A DNA stretch of 35,407 nt from Methanocella sp. (GCA_050261115.1 JBLNCY010000034.1:1-35407); one strand, 5' to 3'; positions 20,197 to 29,852 are shown, counted from the stretch's first letter. Numbers and translations: made by a program. The notes: generated from the letters alone by a model not told the origin.

Positions 20197-21687
20197 ATGG
20201 AGAAAAAGGTAGGTACAAAGGTACTTCTAACAGCTGATCGAACCTTGATGAGTAATTACCATCAAAACGAGTTCTTAGGGTTTGGGACTTGTGCACCCCC
20301 CAACTTTATTCCGGAGTGGCTCTTTAGTTACCTCTTTTTTCCGCCTATTGAAACAGAAAAAGGGTATCCATGGGAAGCGCCATATGGATTGAGGAAAACG
20401 GAGGCGCAATTACTAACCGAGGGCTTTGATGTTAAAACGGTTAGCCCAATGAGCCTAAAGAGGCATCTCAAAGGTGCCAAAGTGTTAGGCATTCACACGA
20501 TGGATCCTTTTGGTTTGGGCCCCGCTTCAACTACGCTCTCGGCGTTGTTTAAGAAAGAGCCTTATCTTGCAAAGCACTTCCATGGCCTGCTTCAGAGTCC
20601 CGCTATTTGTAAAGCTAAACAGGAGGGGTTGAAGGTGATTGTGGGGGGGCCGGGCGCGTGGCAATTTAAGTATCGCCAGAACGCGCAAAGAGAGCTTGGG
20701 ATAGACTGTGTTGTTGAGGGCGAGGGCGAGAAAGTGTTGGGGAAACTTTTTAGGGCTGCAGTTGAGGGTCAAGAGTTGCCCAGTCACTATGAAGTGCAAG
20801 CAGCCGAGGTTCCCACGTTGGATGAGATTCCCGATATCAAGCATCCCTCCATCAATGGATTGCTGGAGATTGGGCGGGGCTGCTGTCGAGGTTGCCAATT
20901 CTGTAACGTTACGCTCAGACCACTGCGCTGGTACCCCATCGATAAGATAGAGCGTGAGTTAACCGTAAATCTCTCCTCCAAGAAGGTGGAAGGTGCATGT
21001 CTTCACTCCGAAGATGTCATGCTGTATGGCTCCAAAAACACCACCCCAAACGGCGAGAAACTCTTACAACTCCACGAGACGGTGGTAAAGCGCTGTAATC
21101 GCATTAGTTGGAGCCACTGCTCGCTGGCAGCGATTGCTGCGGCACCCAAGTTTTTCCATCAAATATCAGAGATTATTCTTCAAAAGCAGTCCTGGTGGGG
21201 CGTTGAAATCGGGATAGAGACGGGTTCGCCTGAGATTGCTAAAAAAATTATGCCTGCTAAAGCGCACCCCTTTAGCGCCGAGAAATGGCATGAAGTGGTT
21301 GTGGAGGGTATGGGGTTAGCGCATGATAACAAGCTGGTTCCCGCTTGTACCCTGATTGTTGGGTTGCCTGACGAGAAGGAAGAAGACATAATCAAAACCA
21401 TGGACCTAGTCGACGACTTAAAAGACATGCGCAGCTTAATTGTGCCGCTATTTTTTGTGCCGCTGGGCCACTTGACTAGTAGAGATTGGTTCACTAAAAC
21501 CAATCTCAACGACCGCCATAAGCAACTGCTAATCCAATGCGCCGAGCACGATTTTCGCTGGGTGGATAACCTGATAGATTGGTCTTTCCAGGGTAAATGG
21601 TATTCGCCTATCATGAAGGAGTTCTATAAGGGCTTCTCAGGCATTGCAAAGCGTAAAGTGCGAGAAATAGAAACGGTAATCCCATGA
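20197..21687 (+). CDS. Radical SAM protein with B12-binding-like N-terminal domain
   Basis: APYGLRKTEA, VGGPG, RGCCRGCQFC and GIETGS motifs. Confidence 0.9.
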   Translation: MEKKVGTKVLLTADRTLMSNYHQNEFLGFGTCAPPNFIPEWLFSYLFFPPIETEKGYPWEAPYGLRKTEAQLLTEGFDVKTVSPMSLKRHLKGAKVLGIHTMDPFGLGPASTTLSALFKKEPYLAKHFHGLLQSPAICKAKQEGLKVIVGGPGAWQFKYRQNAQRELGIDCVVEGEGEKVLGKLFRAAVEGQELPSHYEVQAAEVPTLDEIPDIKHPSINGLLEIGRGCCRGCQFCNVTLRPLRWYPIDKIERELTVNLSSKKVEGACLHSEDVMLYGSKNTTPNGEKLLQLHETVVKRCNRISWSHCSLAAIAAAPKFFHQISEIILQKQSWWGVEIGIETGSPEIAKKIMPAKAHPFSAEKWHEVVVEGMGLAHDNKLVPACTLIVGLPDEKEEDIIKTMDLVDDLKDMRSLIVPLFFVPLGHLTSRDWFTKTNLNDRHKQLLIQCAEHDFRWVDNLIDWSFQGKWYSPIMKEFYKGFSGIAKRKVREIETVIP

Positions 21688-21694
21688 GCTAAGC

Positions 21695-21701
21695 TTAAAT
21701 A
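21695..21701 (+). promoter_or_regulatory. Putative TATA box of the tRNA-Asn gene
   Basis: TTAAATA about 40 nt upstream of the mature tRNA. Confidence 0.5.
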
Positions 21702-21741
21702 GCTTATGTTCAACGTAATGCGGTAGAAATAGCGATGGTTT

Positions 21742-21818
21742 GCCGCCGTTGCACAGCCCGGTAGTGCAACTGACTGTTAATCAGTAGGTCAAAGGTTCGA
21801 GTCCTTTCGGCGGCGCCA
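21742..21818 (+). tRNA. tRNA-Asn (GTT), intronless, CCA encoded
   Basis: Acceptor stem GCCGCCG/CGGCGGC, anticodon arm ACTGA-CTGTTAA-TCAGT, T arm AAAGG-TTCGAGT-CCTTT, ends GCCA. Confidence 0.97.
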
Positions 21819-21948
21819 ACATTTACGAGAAAAGGTACTAGACTTTTTCTCTTACCTTCTTCTTTACCCATCCGTATTTTTAGGATTTTATTTCTCTTGA
21901 GCGGTAGCCTGACTATAGGCGGCGTCCTAATATAGGGAGATTTCTTGA

Positions 21949-23013
21949 ATGGTTAAAGCGGATTCTCCTTTTTCTCGTGCGGTAAAACGTGCAGTCAACC
22001 AGTCAACCGAAAATAGTTTACTCTTAGGGAATTTGCCGCCCACAGCTCTTAAGATACTAGATATTTATCGAGCAGGGGGAACCGCCCAGCAGGCCGCAGC
22101 ACAGTGTCATTGTAGCAAGCAGAACGTATCTAAACATACCAAAATGCTGCTTAAGAGAGGGTTTATCCGCCTTCAAACCTGCGATGTTTTCAAAATCTAC
22201 TCACTGACACCGCTCGGTCAATCAATCTTCACTACGAGTGAGAGCGCAAGCGAAGCGGTTGTATTGGAGGACCATGCTTTCAAGTTTGCCATTATTCGAA
22301 ATGAGAGCTGCCCACTTGATTGGAAGAAATTGGGTAATCCCTGTAATTGGCAAAAACTTGGGGTTCATGTTGACGGGTTAACGGTTGAAAAGACCTCTCA
22401 GAACATCATCATTCATCCTGGCAAGATGGTCGGTTTTAACCCTGATGCTTTATTGATTGATTCGGGGAGGGCGATCCAGAAATGCAAGGATATTCTCGAA
22501 GTCAAGTTTGGGATGCTTCTCTCCGCTGAGGGTGTGCCCCTTCATAAGCCGATTTTCAGATTTTACAGCGAGGAAGCCAAAGAGGATGTGAAGCATGGAA
22601 CAGTTATTGTTCAAGGCGTCGGTACAATTGATAATTCCCCGCCTGAGCATATCCCGCATGAAGAATACTCTGGCGTTGAAAGAGCAAAAGCCCGAATCCT
22701 TCTGCCCGACGCTATGAAGGCGTTAAACAATCAAGTATCTGACCTCAGGAGTGAACTTGCGGAATCTAAAATCAAGAGTGAAAGACAAACTGAGGCAACT
22801 GGACGTCTAGAACAGAAGGCTGAAAATATAGCGTCCGCCGTTGAGACTCTGGCAAGCGAACAAAGAACCATTGCGAGTGAGCAATGCAATACCAATAGGC
22901 TAATCGAACGGCTTGCGGATGCTTTGGAAAAATTGTTAAAGGTTGGAGCTGAGACGGATAAGCCCCAAAGCGTTGAGGCAAACTTGCAGAGCTGCAATGA
23001 TTACGTTTCTTAG
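21949..23013 (+). CDS. Winged-HTH protein with uncharacterised central domain and C-terminal coiled coil
   Basis: QQAAAQCHCSKQNVSKHTKMLLKRGFI...YSLTPLG is wHTH-like; heptad-rich tail. Confidence 0.8.
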   Translation: MVKADSPFSRAVKRAVNQSTENSLLLGNLPPTALKILDIYRAGGTAQQAAAQCHCSKQNVSKHTKMLLKRGFIRLQTCDVFKIYSLTPLGQSIFTTSESASEAVVLEDHAFKFAIIRNESCPLDWKKLGNPCNWQKLGVHVDGLTVEKTSQNIIIHPGKMVGFNPDALLIDSGRAIQKCKDILEVKFGMLLSAEGVPLHKPIFRFYSEEAKEDVKHGTVIVQGVGTIDNSPPEHIPHEEYSGVERAKARILLPDAMKALNNQVSDLRSELAESKIKSERQTEATGRLEQKAENIASAVETLASEQRTIASEQCNTNRLIERLADALEKLLKVGAETDKPQSVEANLQSCNDYVS

Positions 23014-23184
23014 GGACCTTGGGGATGATTGGAACTGACCTTTCCTAAAAGTGTAGGAAAATCCTTTGGGGGGTTCGCTTGGTTTTTGCACTTTTTGGTT
23101 CAATTTTCGGGGGGTAGTCGTGGAGTGACGTTAGGCTTATGAGTGGATTTGTACGATAGTAGCGCTGACTCTTCGGAGTTGGGG

Positions 23185-23322
23185 GTGAGGAGTACGCCAG
23201 AGATAGCTTTACCGAATAAAGTCTATAGTAAGCTAGAAGAAGTAGCTAGCGAAGAAGGGTTAACCGTTTCAGAGTTTGCTTCCAAGCTTATCGTAGAAAA
23301 CTACCCAGTAAAACGAGCCTAA
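23185..23322 (+). CDS. Small ribbon-helix-helix (CopG-like) protein, absent from the ORF track
   Basis: Reads VRSTPEIALPNKVYSKLEEVASEEGLTVSEFASKLIVENYPVKRA*, a typical RHH pattern. Start uncertain. Confidence 0.65.
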   Translation: MRSTPEIALPNKVYSKLEEVASEEGLTVSEFASKLIVENYPVKRA

Positions 23323-23626
23323 CGCCGGCCAAGACTGGCTTTGGCAGTAAATGGCTGTTCAGAATTTTGAGAGGGCACTTTTTGGGCTGTTTTTGCATGG
23401 ACTTTTTCCATGCTTTGGGAAGTGCCGTTTTAGCAGTCGCCGATGTAGGCAGATTGTTGTCAGTTTTCCCCTTCATACATGTTAGCGAAACCTTAAAGTG
23501 TGCGTTCTGTTATGGGAGAGATTGAAAAACCCACACAGAAGTACCAAAAATGTGGGTCTCCTATGTGATTTACCTGCTTTTTGAGGATGAACAAGTCTCA
23601 AGTATCAATGAAAAGCATGATTTTTC

Positions 23627-23911
23627 TTATTTTTCTTTGAATTTTGGCGACCTGTTGTAACCGATTTTTGGATTATTCGATTGATACTTGAGGATTAATT
23701 CAACTTCCTTTTTGTTAACTTCCTTGTCGGTGGCGTCATTGGATTGCCAAAGGACCTCTCGTTTTATCGTGAAAACTTTTCTTTGTTCCTCTGTGAAATC
23801 TGTTTCTAAGAGTTTGCTATTTGGACTGCCAAAATATGTGATAGTGTTGGTTAAGTCTTTTCCAACATAGATTTTGCCGTTTGGGTAAGTTATTTTATAG
23901 ATTATCTTCAA
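23627..23911 (-). CDS. Stand-alone GIY-YIG nuclease family protein, copy 1
   Basis: [24 protein letters not shown] and GYN motifs. Confidence 0.88.
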   Translation of the reverse strand: MKIIYKITYPNGKIYVGKDLTNTITYFGSPNSKLLETDFTEEQRKVFTIKREVLWQSNDATDKEVNKKEVELILKYQSNNPKIGYNRSPKFKEK

Positions 23912-24115
23912 GTTTCTATCGATTCAAATATTAGGGCAATTCGGTAAATTCTACTTTTTGGTAGAAAAACTGGGGGTAGGGGAAGCGATCTAGACTACGC
24001 CGCCTCAGCTTCTTGCCTGCTTGTATCATCAAAGGACGGCTAGCCGTTTCTAAGCGAAAAATGGGACATTTTTGTCTCAGTTCTAAAGCGGGTAGGGAAG
24101 CGCTTTCTGGCTAAA

Positions 24116-24688
24116 ATGCCAAAACATAAATGGTTATTCGACAGAATTGTAGAAAATAAGGGGGATGCTCCTGTGAGGGGTGACTTAATCCGTCGGCGTC
24201 GTCGCATGCTTACGCTTTTGGGGTTAGGAAACAGTCTGCAGGCGGTCGTCTCGGCGCTCGCTAAAGAGTTCAACCGCAAGGAGGTCACCATATACGCCGA
24301 CTATGAACGCATCTCCACTTGGGCGCCGGTGGTTGAGCAAGACGAAGTTCTAACAGCTCTGATTAAAGCCAGGCTTGACTATCTGAACCGTGAAGCCTTA
24401 GAGATGATGCAGAACATTGAAAACAAGGGATCAACGGTTAAGGAGAAACTCATTAAGCTTGGCGCCATAAACTCTGTCCTCAAAATTACGGTCGAGCAAA
24501 TTAAACTGGGGCAGGAACTTGGCTTGATTGAAAGGAAGCCAGATGTTATCCAATCCGCAGTCAGCATCTCTATGCCGTTTGAGGCTGCCCCTGAAATCAA
24601 AGCCGCCTATGCAAAGCTAGCTGAAGAACAACGGGCTGAGAAAGAAGCTGCTGGAAAAGCCCATCTCGACATAGCCTTTCAGGGTTAA
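24116..24688 (+). CDS. Hypothetical HTH/helical protein, terminase-small-subunit-like architecture
   Basis: N-terminal HTH-like segment (LAKEFNRKEVTIYADY), two long helices, GLIERKP tail. The TerS assignment is inference only. Confidence 0.6.
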   Translation: MPKHKWLFDRIVENKGDAPVRGDLIRRRRRMLTLLGLGNSLQAVVSALAKEFNRKEVTIYADYERISTWAPVVEQDEVLTALIKARLDYLNREALEMMQNIENKGSTVKEKLIKLGAINSVLKITVEQIKLGQELGLIERKPDVIQSAVSISMPFEAAPEIKAAYAKLAEEQRAEKEAAGKAHLDIAFQG

Positions 24689-24700
24689 GCCGTTAGTTCC

Positions 24701-25030
<330 letters not shown>

Positions 25031-25119
25031 CTATCACTTGCTATTTCAAAGAGCGATGAGCCAGATTTAACGAAGTATATAGAGTTCAAGATTATTCAGC
25101 TCCGAAAGCGGTGGCTACA

Positions 25120-25437
25120 TTATGCTATAGCTTCTTTTGGTTGAACTATTCCTCTTTTTAATGCTAAAAAGATAAAGAATTGAGCACACGCCGCTACGGC
25201 TGCTGCTTTTAATGCAGACAGCCCTTCAAGTCCTGCAACAGAACCTCCACCAAGCGTACTAAAGAAAGTCAGCCCACTGATGATTGCCGCATCCACAAGA
25301 GCGTCAGCCCAATCAAACTTTTTAGTTTCAATATTCGCTACATTATTGGCACAATAGATAATCAATCCCTTAACAGTTAATCTTGGGAGGTAGCTTCTCT
25401 CTTTCAGGTAACTTGAACACTTCTTAACTATAGACAT
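25120..25437 (-). CDS. Small two-helix membrane protein (holin-like or virion membrane protein)
   Basis: Two hydrophobic segments joined by GGGS; GAGGGG RBS; lies downstream of the fibre gene. Confidence 0.65.
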   Translation of the reverse strand: MSIVKKCSSYLKERSYLPRLTVKGLIIYCANNVANIETKKFDWADALVDAAIISGLTFFSTLGGGSVAGLEGLSALKAAAVAACAQFFIFLALKRGIVQPKEAIA

Positions 25438-25505
25438 TCTTTTATTCCCCTCTCATAGTGACTTGAAATTTCCAAAAGAAAAAAGGAAATTGTTTGTACC
25501 TCACT

Positions 25506-25688
25506 TTAGGATTTGCTTGTCTTCTCCTGCTTAGCTTTCAATTCAACATTTTCCTTTTTGAGCGCTGAGTTCTCTTCCATCATTGCCTTCATGACTGCGT
25601 TGAGTTGAGTCATCATATCATTGATTCTAAGGTTAAGCATGCCAATTTGTTGCATGACTGGTGAAGCTTCAGCGGTATTGTCGGTCAA
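25506..25688 (-). CDS. Small coiled-coil protein
   Basis: GGAGGTGA RBS 7 nt before TTG at 25688; heptad pattern LNLRINDMMTQLNAVMKAMMEENSALKKEN. Confidence 0.7.
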   Translation of the reverse strand: MTDNTAEASPVMQQIGMLNLRINDMMTQLNAVMKAMMEENSALKKENVELKAKQEKTSKS

Positions 25689-25741
25689 TGTGTAGTCACC
25701 TCCTGTCATGTCGAGTTTTGGTGTCACGTTTAGAGTGCTGG

Positions 25742-25999
25742 TTACTTTTGGTTAGGTTGGCTTTCTAGGGCTTCAGACGTTTGCGTGGCTTCCGCATTTC
25801 CCCAGTCATTGGAACTGCCACTTTTTTGTTCGCTGGCTTTTTTATCCTCTTTTTCTGTTACTTTACGTTTGAGCACTAAGACATCCGTGAATAGGTCGAT
25901 GGCTAAGATTTCCCAGCCTTCAGATGTTGGCAAGTTGGCGATGTATTGTTTGATAAGCTCGGAGAGATGGACCTCATATGTTTCATATTTTGGCATCAT
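25742..25999 (-). CDS. Hypothetical protein translationally coupled to the fibre gene
   Basis: TAATG stop/start overlap at 25999. Confidence 0.7.
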   Translation of the reverse strand: MMPKYETYEVHLSELIKQYIANLPTSEGWEILAIDLFTDVLVLKRKVTEKEDKKASEQKSGSSNDWGNAEATQTSEALESQPNQK

Positions 26000-28452
26000 T
26001 ATCCCACTGCTATCCAGTTGACTGAAATCGCAACGTTGCTTACTGGATTGGTAGTTTCTGTATGCGCTTCTGTAGTTCCAGCCACGTAGTCGTTGCTTAG
26101 TACGCCGCCGATGGTGAAGCTGCCGCCACCTGAGTTGCGTAAGCTCACTCCCCTCGTATATGCGGGTTTGCCCGATAGGCTATGAGTGTGTCCACCTGCG
26201 GAACCTGTTGTTCCGCCACCGCCGCCACTGCTAAGCGTGTAGAGGTCAAATTGGCTGCTGCTTGTGTTGCTTAGTAGTGCGCCTAAGTCCTGCTGTGCAC
26301 CGCCTTGGTCTCTTAGCAGTAAACTTCTGACGTAGGGCGGTTTGTTTGTTAAGTTGTGGCTGTGGCTTCCGCTGTCGCCTGAGTAACCCGAATAGTTGTG
26401 TGTATGGCTTGATTCACTGGTTGTACTATTGTTGCTTGGGCCGCCTGTTGGGGATTGACTGTAAGCGTAAGTGTGAGTGTGCCCTGAGGTTGTGCCCGTG
26501 TTTGCCGAACCCATATTGATGTTGTGGGTGTGGCTTTGCATGTTGTGGTAGTGGCTTGAACCGACGCCTGTGGTTCCTACGACGGTGTGGTTGTGGCTTC
26601 CCTGAGAATCTATACCCATAGTCCAGCCTGTAGTTGCAGAGATTGTTCCTATCATGTGGGTATGTGCGGCTGCGCTAAAACTGTGGTTGTGATCGCCTAC
26701 TGAGTCAATGCTTAATGCGAAGTTGTCTGTTCCGAATATGTCGCCGACTTTGTGTTTGTGTTCTCCTGTAACAGTTGTCTTGATGCTGAACTGTGTAGCT
26801 GACTGTGCCGTGATGACTACCGCGATGTTTCTTCCGTTGGCGTCTACGGCGGTGCATGTGATTGTTGGTGTTGAAGCGAATGCTTGTGGGAACGTTACGC
26901 TTGCAACCCCTGAAGCAGTAGTAGTAACTGAACCCTTCTGGATGGAGGGTTGTGTGGGTAATGCTGACCATGTTCCGTCACCGCGTAGATAGGTGCTGGT
27001 GCTTGGTGTGCCTGAGCCTAAGCTTCCTAGATAGTTGCTGAAGGTTTTGTTGTTAAAGTTGATGTTGGAGCCCAAGGTTATGCCGTTGTCGCCTGACAAA
27101 TATAGTGCTCTGTTGTGTGCTGAGATATAGCCGTATGTTCCGTCATAGTTTAGTGCCAGGTAGTCGTATGTGTTGTCGCCGACTTTTACTGCCGCGCCAT
27201 GTGCAGGGTTACCGTCAGCCGAAATGACTTTGACGCTGTTGAAGACTGCATCGTTTGTTGTATTGAGTGATTGGTCAAACCCACCAATATTCCAATTACT
27301 ACCATCAAGATGCTTGATTTGGTCAACGTATATTGCGCCTGTAGCAGTCAAGTTTCCAAGGTGAAGATTTGCTCCGTCGAATGGGGTACCACGTGACATT
27401 GTTGATTTATACAGGAATAATGTGTCATAGTCTGAGCTCTGTACATGACTAAAACGTTCTCTCCAATCCCAAAGGTTGTTGCTGTCTTGTGTATATTGAT
27501 ATAATTTTTCTTCATCGGTTCTATAAAACCACTTTTCATGCTCTGCAGCCGGAAAACTAGAACCTTTGTCATAGCCACCGAATGAGCCCGATGCCAACGT
27601 TCCAGTGAGAATAAACATTGGTGGACAATATTTCCCTGTAAAGCCTTGTCCCATCATTATGGCACCACCGCCTGCACCTTTTTGGGGATCGGAGCTTGTG
27701 CCTACGAACCCAAAGGTTTGAAAGTCTTTTTCAACAAAAAAGGCTTTGTCTGTAGCAAGCACAGGGTCATCTATTGGCGTTGACCGGTCAATGAAGCTTA
27801 TTGTAGTGCAGAATAAATTGGCTCTTCCAGTATAAGGATCAGTGGAAGGCTGATAGTTAGGTTTCGGTGCTAAAGTCGTTGGGAATCCATACTGTGTTGG
27901 AGTGACAGTGATTATTCCGCCAGTATCCATGAATTGAATACCTTTGTTTAGCTGTAAAACTGTGAAAGAGTCGTATTGTGATTGTTGGCCATCCCGTGAG
28001 AATTGGAGTGCCCGGAGATCAATCCATTTATTTTCGTCAGTATCCGTAATCGCTCTAATCCAGCCTTTATTTATTTCTAGAGAAACATCATAGTCATTCG
28101 GATGGTTAATCGGGTCTGGATAGAAGCGTTTTGTTTGTAGTGCAATGCTTTCAGAGGCATCACCGTAGAATACTTCCTTGAGGTTGATTCCTTTGCTTAT
28201 TTCTAGCCCTAACTGACTGCCGCCTGTACCAAAACTTTTTGTCTGAATGTCAACGAAATCTGCTCCGTTGAATATTTCCTTGAGTCGAATGCCTTTGGTT
28301 ATTTGTAAGAGAAGATCGTAGTTAGGGTCGGTGGGTTGTGTAGGGATTAAGTCAATATAGTTTAGACCGTCAGGTGCTTTGACTGTCACGTAACCTCCAA
28401 CAGTTAAGTGGTTGTCAACAATTAAGTTGTTAAATTCTCCATCATCTACCAT
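25999..28452 (-). CDS. Viral tail-fibre/adhesin-like protein with ten HxH motifs
   Basis: Four N-terminal (L)xIxKG-type repeats, DQSLNTT and STYLRGDGTW fibre-like motifs, and a VTFPQAF...VNWIAVG C-terminal domain interrupted by an HxH-rich region. Confidence 0.85.
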   Translation of the reverse strand: MVDDGEFNNLIVDNHLTVGGYVTVKAPDGLNYIDLIPTQPTDPNYDLLLQITKGIRLKEIFNGADFVDIQTKSFGTGGSQLGLEISKGINLKEVFYGDASESIALQTKRFYPDPINHPNDYDVSLEINKGWIRAITDTDENKWIDLRALQFSRDGQQSQYDSFTVLQLNKGIQFMDTGGIITVTPTQYGFPTTLAPKPNYQPSTDPYTGRANLFCTTISFIDRSTPIDDPVLATDKAFFVEKDFQTFGFVGTSSDPQKGAGGGAIMMGQGFTGKYCPPMFILTGTLASGSFGGYDKGSSFPAAEHEKWFYRTDEEKLYQYTQDSNNLWDWRERFSHVQSSDYDTLFLYKSTMSRGTPFDGANLHLGNLTATGAIYVDQIKHLDGSNWNIGGFDQSLNTTNDAVFNSVKVISADGNPAHGAAVKVGDNTYDYLALNYDGTYGYISAHNRALYLSGDNGITLGSNINFNNKTFSNYLGSLGSGTPSTSTYLRGDGTWSALPTQPSIQKGSVTTTASGVASVTFPQAFASTPTITCTAVDANGRNIAVVITAQSATQFSIKTTVTGEHKHKVGDIFGTDNFALSIDSVGDHNHSFSAAAHTHMIGTISATTGWTMGIDSQGSHNHTVVGTTGVGSSHYHNMQSHTHNINMGSANTGTTSGHTHTYAYSQSPTGGPSNNSTTSESSHTHNYSGYSGDSGSHSHNLTNKPPYVRSLLLRDQGGAQQDLGALLSNTSSSQFDLYTLSSGGGGGTTGSAGGHTHSLSGKPAYTRGVSLRNSGGGSFTIGGVLSNDYVAGTTEAHTETTNPVSNVAISVNWIAVG

Positions 28453-28617
28453 ACTCTCACCCCTTCATAAGTTAATGTTCTGATTTCCGTTGTTTTGAAT
28501 GGGGCTGCTCTTTGCGGGCTCCCATTATTTTCCGTTTGCAATTTTTGTCCTATCATTGTAGGTCACCAAATAAGCACTTGTATTTTATCGATATAAGCAA
28601 TTTTGCGGTATAAAATT

Positions 28618-28684
28618 ACATTTTAAAAATAACATTTCTAAAAAGCATTATTTAAAACAGCATTTTAAAAAAGGCATTTTAATC
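28618..28684 (+). repeat. Degenerate ~14-bp AT-rich tandem array (RCATTTTAAAAA-like, 5 units)
   Basis: CATT at 28619, 28633, 28646, 28661 and 28675. Confidence 0.7.
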
Positions 28685-28765
28685 ATGCCAAATGTTTATT
28701 AGGGGGCATGAAAAGTCTGCTTTTCAGTAAACTTTATTTTCGGAGGCCATCTATAAGATTAAGAT

Positions 28766-29563
28766 ATGCGCAAATATGTTGCCCTATTACTTATCGCTAT
28801 ATTAGCGATATCAAGCTTAATGATAATCAGACCTGCAAGTTCAGAGATAACCAAGCCGTCCACTCCAGAATTTACTATACAGTACGTTGCTCATCCATAT
28901 GATGTCCCCACCACCTATTCGATCGATCCTTATACAGGGCAAACTATAACTCATCCAGGTTATCATGTTGAAAACAAAACGTGCGTTCTTGTGATTAAAA
29001 ATCAACCCTTCACACCTTATGTAAGCAACGGTTCTGAAGTCCAGGTTTACTATCAAGTGCGCTACAAAGGCCATTTTTCAGATAATGACTGGTATGAGGT
29101 ATATCATCTTCCAAATTACCCAGTTCAGTCCGATTCTGAATATACAACCATTAGCCCTACTCTAAATATTCAATCTCTGAGCGCTTCAACTGATGGGGCT
29201 AAAATAGACTTTCAAGTACAAGCGCTAATAGGAAGCATTTACTTGGTTGAGGCCAGACTTTATGGTGGCGCAAATTATTGGACGTTTGAGGGAGAAAAAA
29301 GCGATTGGAGTAGTACACAAACGATAACTGTTGAATTACCCGATCCATCTTCTTCGGCATTATCGCCGACGCCAACTGCCTCAGTTTTGCCTTCCCAAAA
29401 CCCAATATCGACGCCTGACCAATCTGGTCCACAAACAGTAGTTTTTTTAAGTTTAGATTGGACACAGATTGCCATAGTTGCCTTGTTGGGTATTATTGCT
29501 GTATTGCTTGTAGCTGTGGTCGTATTTCTACATAAAAGGAGCGTAAACACTACCCGAAAATGA
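28766..29563 (+). CDS. Secreted, C-terminally membrane-anchored surface protein, copy 1
   Basis: Signal peptide, ITKPSTPEFT...DPYTG...FQVQALIG...WSSTQT, S/T/P linker, C-terminal TM helix and basic tail. Confidence 0.88.
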   Translation: MRKYVALLLIAILAISSLMIIRPASSEITKPSTPEFTIQYVAHPYDVPTTYSIDPYTGQTITHPGYHVENKTCVLVIKNQPFTPYVSNGSEVQVYYQVRYKGHFSDNDWYEVYHLPNYPVQSDSEYTTISPTLNIQSLSASTDGAKIDFQVQALIGSIYLVEARLYGGANYWTFEGEKSDWSSTQTITVELPDPSSSALSPTPTASVLPSQNPISTPDQSGPQTVVFLSLDWTQIAIVALLGIIAVLLVAVVVFLHKRSVNTTRK

Positions 29564-29581
29564 TATCAACGAATAGTTGCA

Positions 29582-29824
29582 TTATTGTTTTAGAGCCTCT
29601 AAGAGTTTAATTCCCTTCTCCGTTATCACATATTTTGCTCGATGCTTCGGCGCACTCTTCTGTACGTGGCCATTTTTAATTAAATAACCAAAAATATTAT
29701 CAAATGCAGCGGGCGTGCCAAGCTTTGCTATTGTACGCTTCTCAAGTTCCGTTCGATGAAGCGGCTGGCGTTTAAGCTCATGTAACACTATTTTCGCAAG
29801 ATCCATATTGGGTCGTTGAGTCAA
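29582..29824 (-). CDS. Small winged-HTH protein, copy 1
   Basis: YLIKNGHVQK...YVITEKG wing motif; GGAGA RBS before TTG. Confidence 0.85.
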   Translation of the reverse strand: MTQRPNMDLAKIVLHELKRQPLHRTELEKRTIAKLGTPAAFDNIFGYLIKNGHVQKSAPKHRAKYVITEKGIKLLEALKQ

Positions 29825-29852
29825 ATTGTCTCCCCGGACAGCGGTATCGCTA

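Noticed and set aside
2683-21614. Numerous antisense or alternate-frame ORFs overlapping mgtA, hdrA, por, radical SAM and other genes
   Set aside because: Shadows of well-supported genes, with no independent motifs.
21900-21935. GGCGGCG as an att repeat of the tRNA 3' end
   Set aside because: Only 7 bp match; expected by chance.
23288-24291. Short ORFs 23288..23476, 23688..23870 and 24040..24291
   Set aside because: They overlap better-supported genes or lack recognisable features.
25999-28452. Diversity-generating retroelement targeting the fibre
   Set aside because: No reverse transcriptase and no TR/VR pair differing at adenines was seen in the window.
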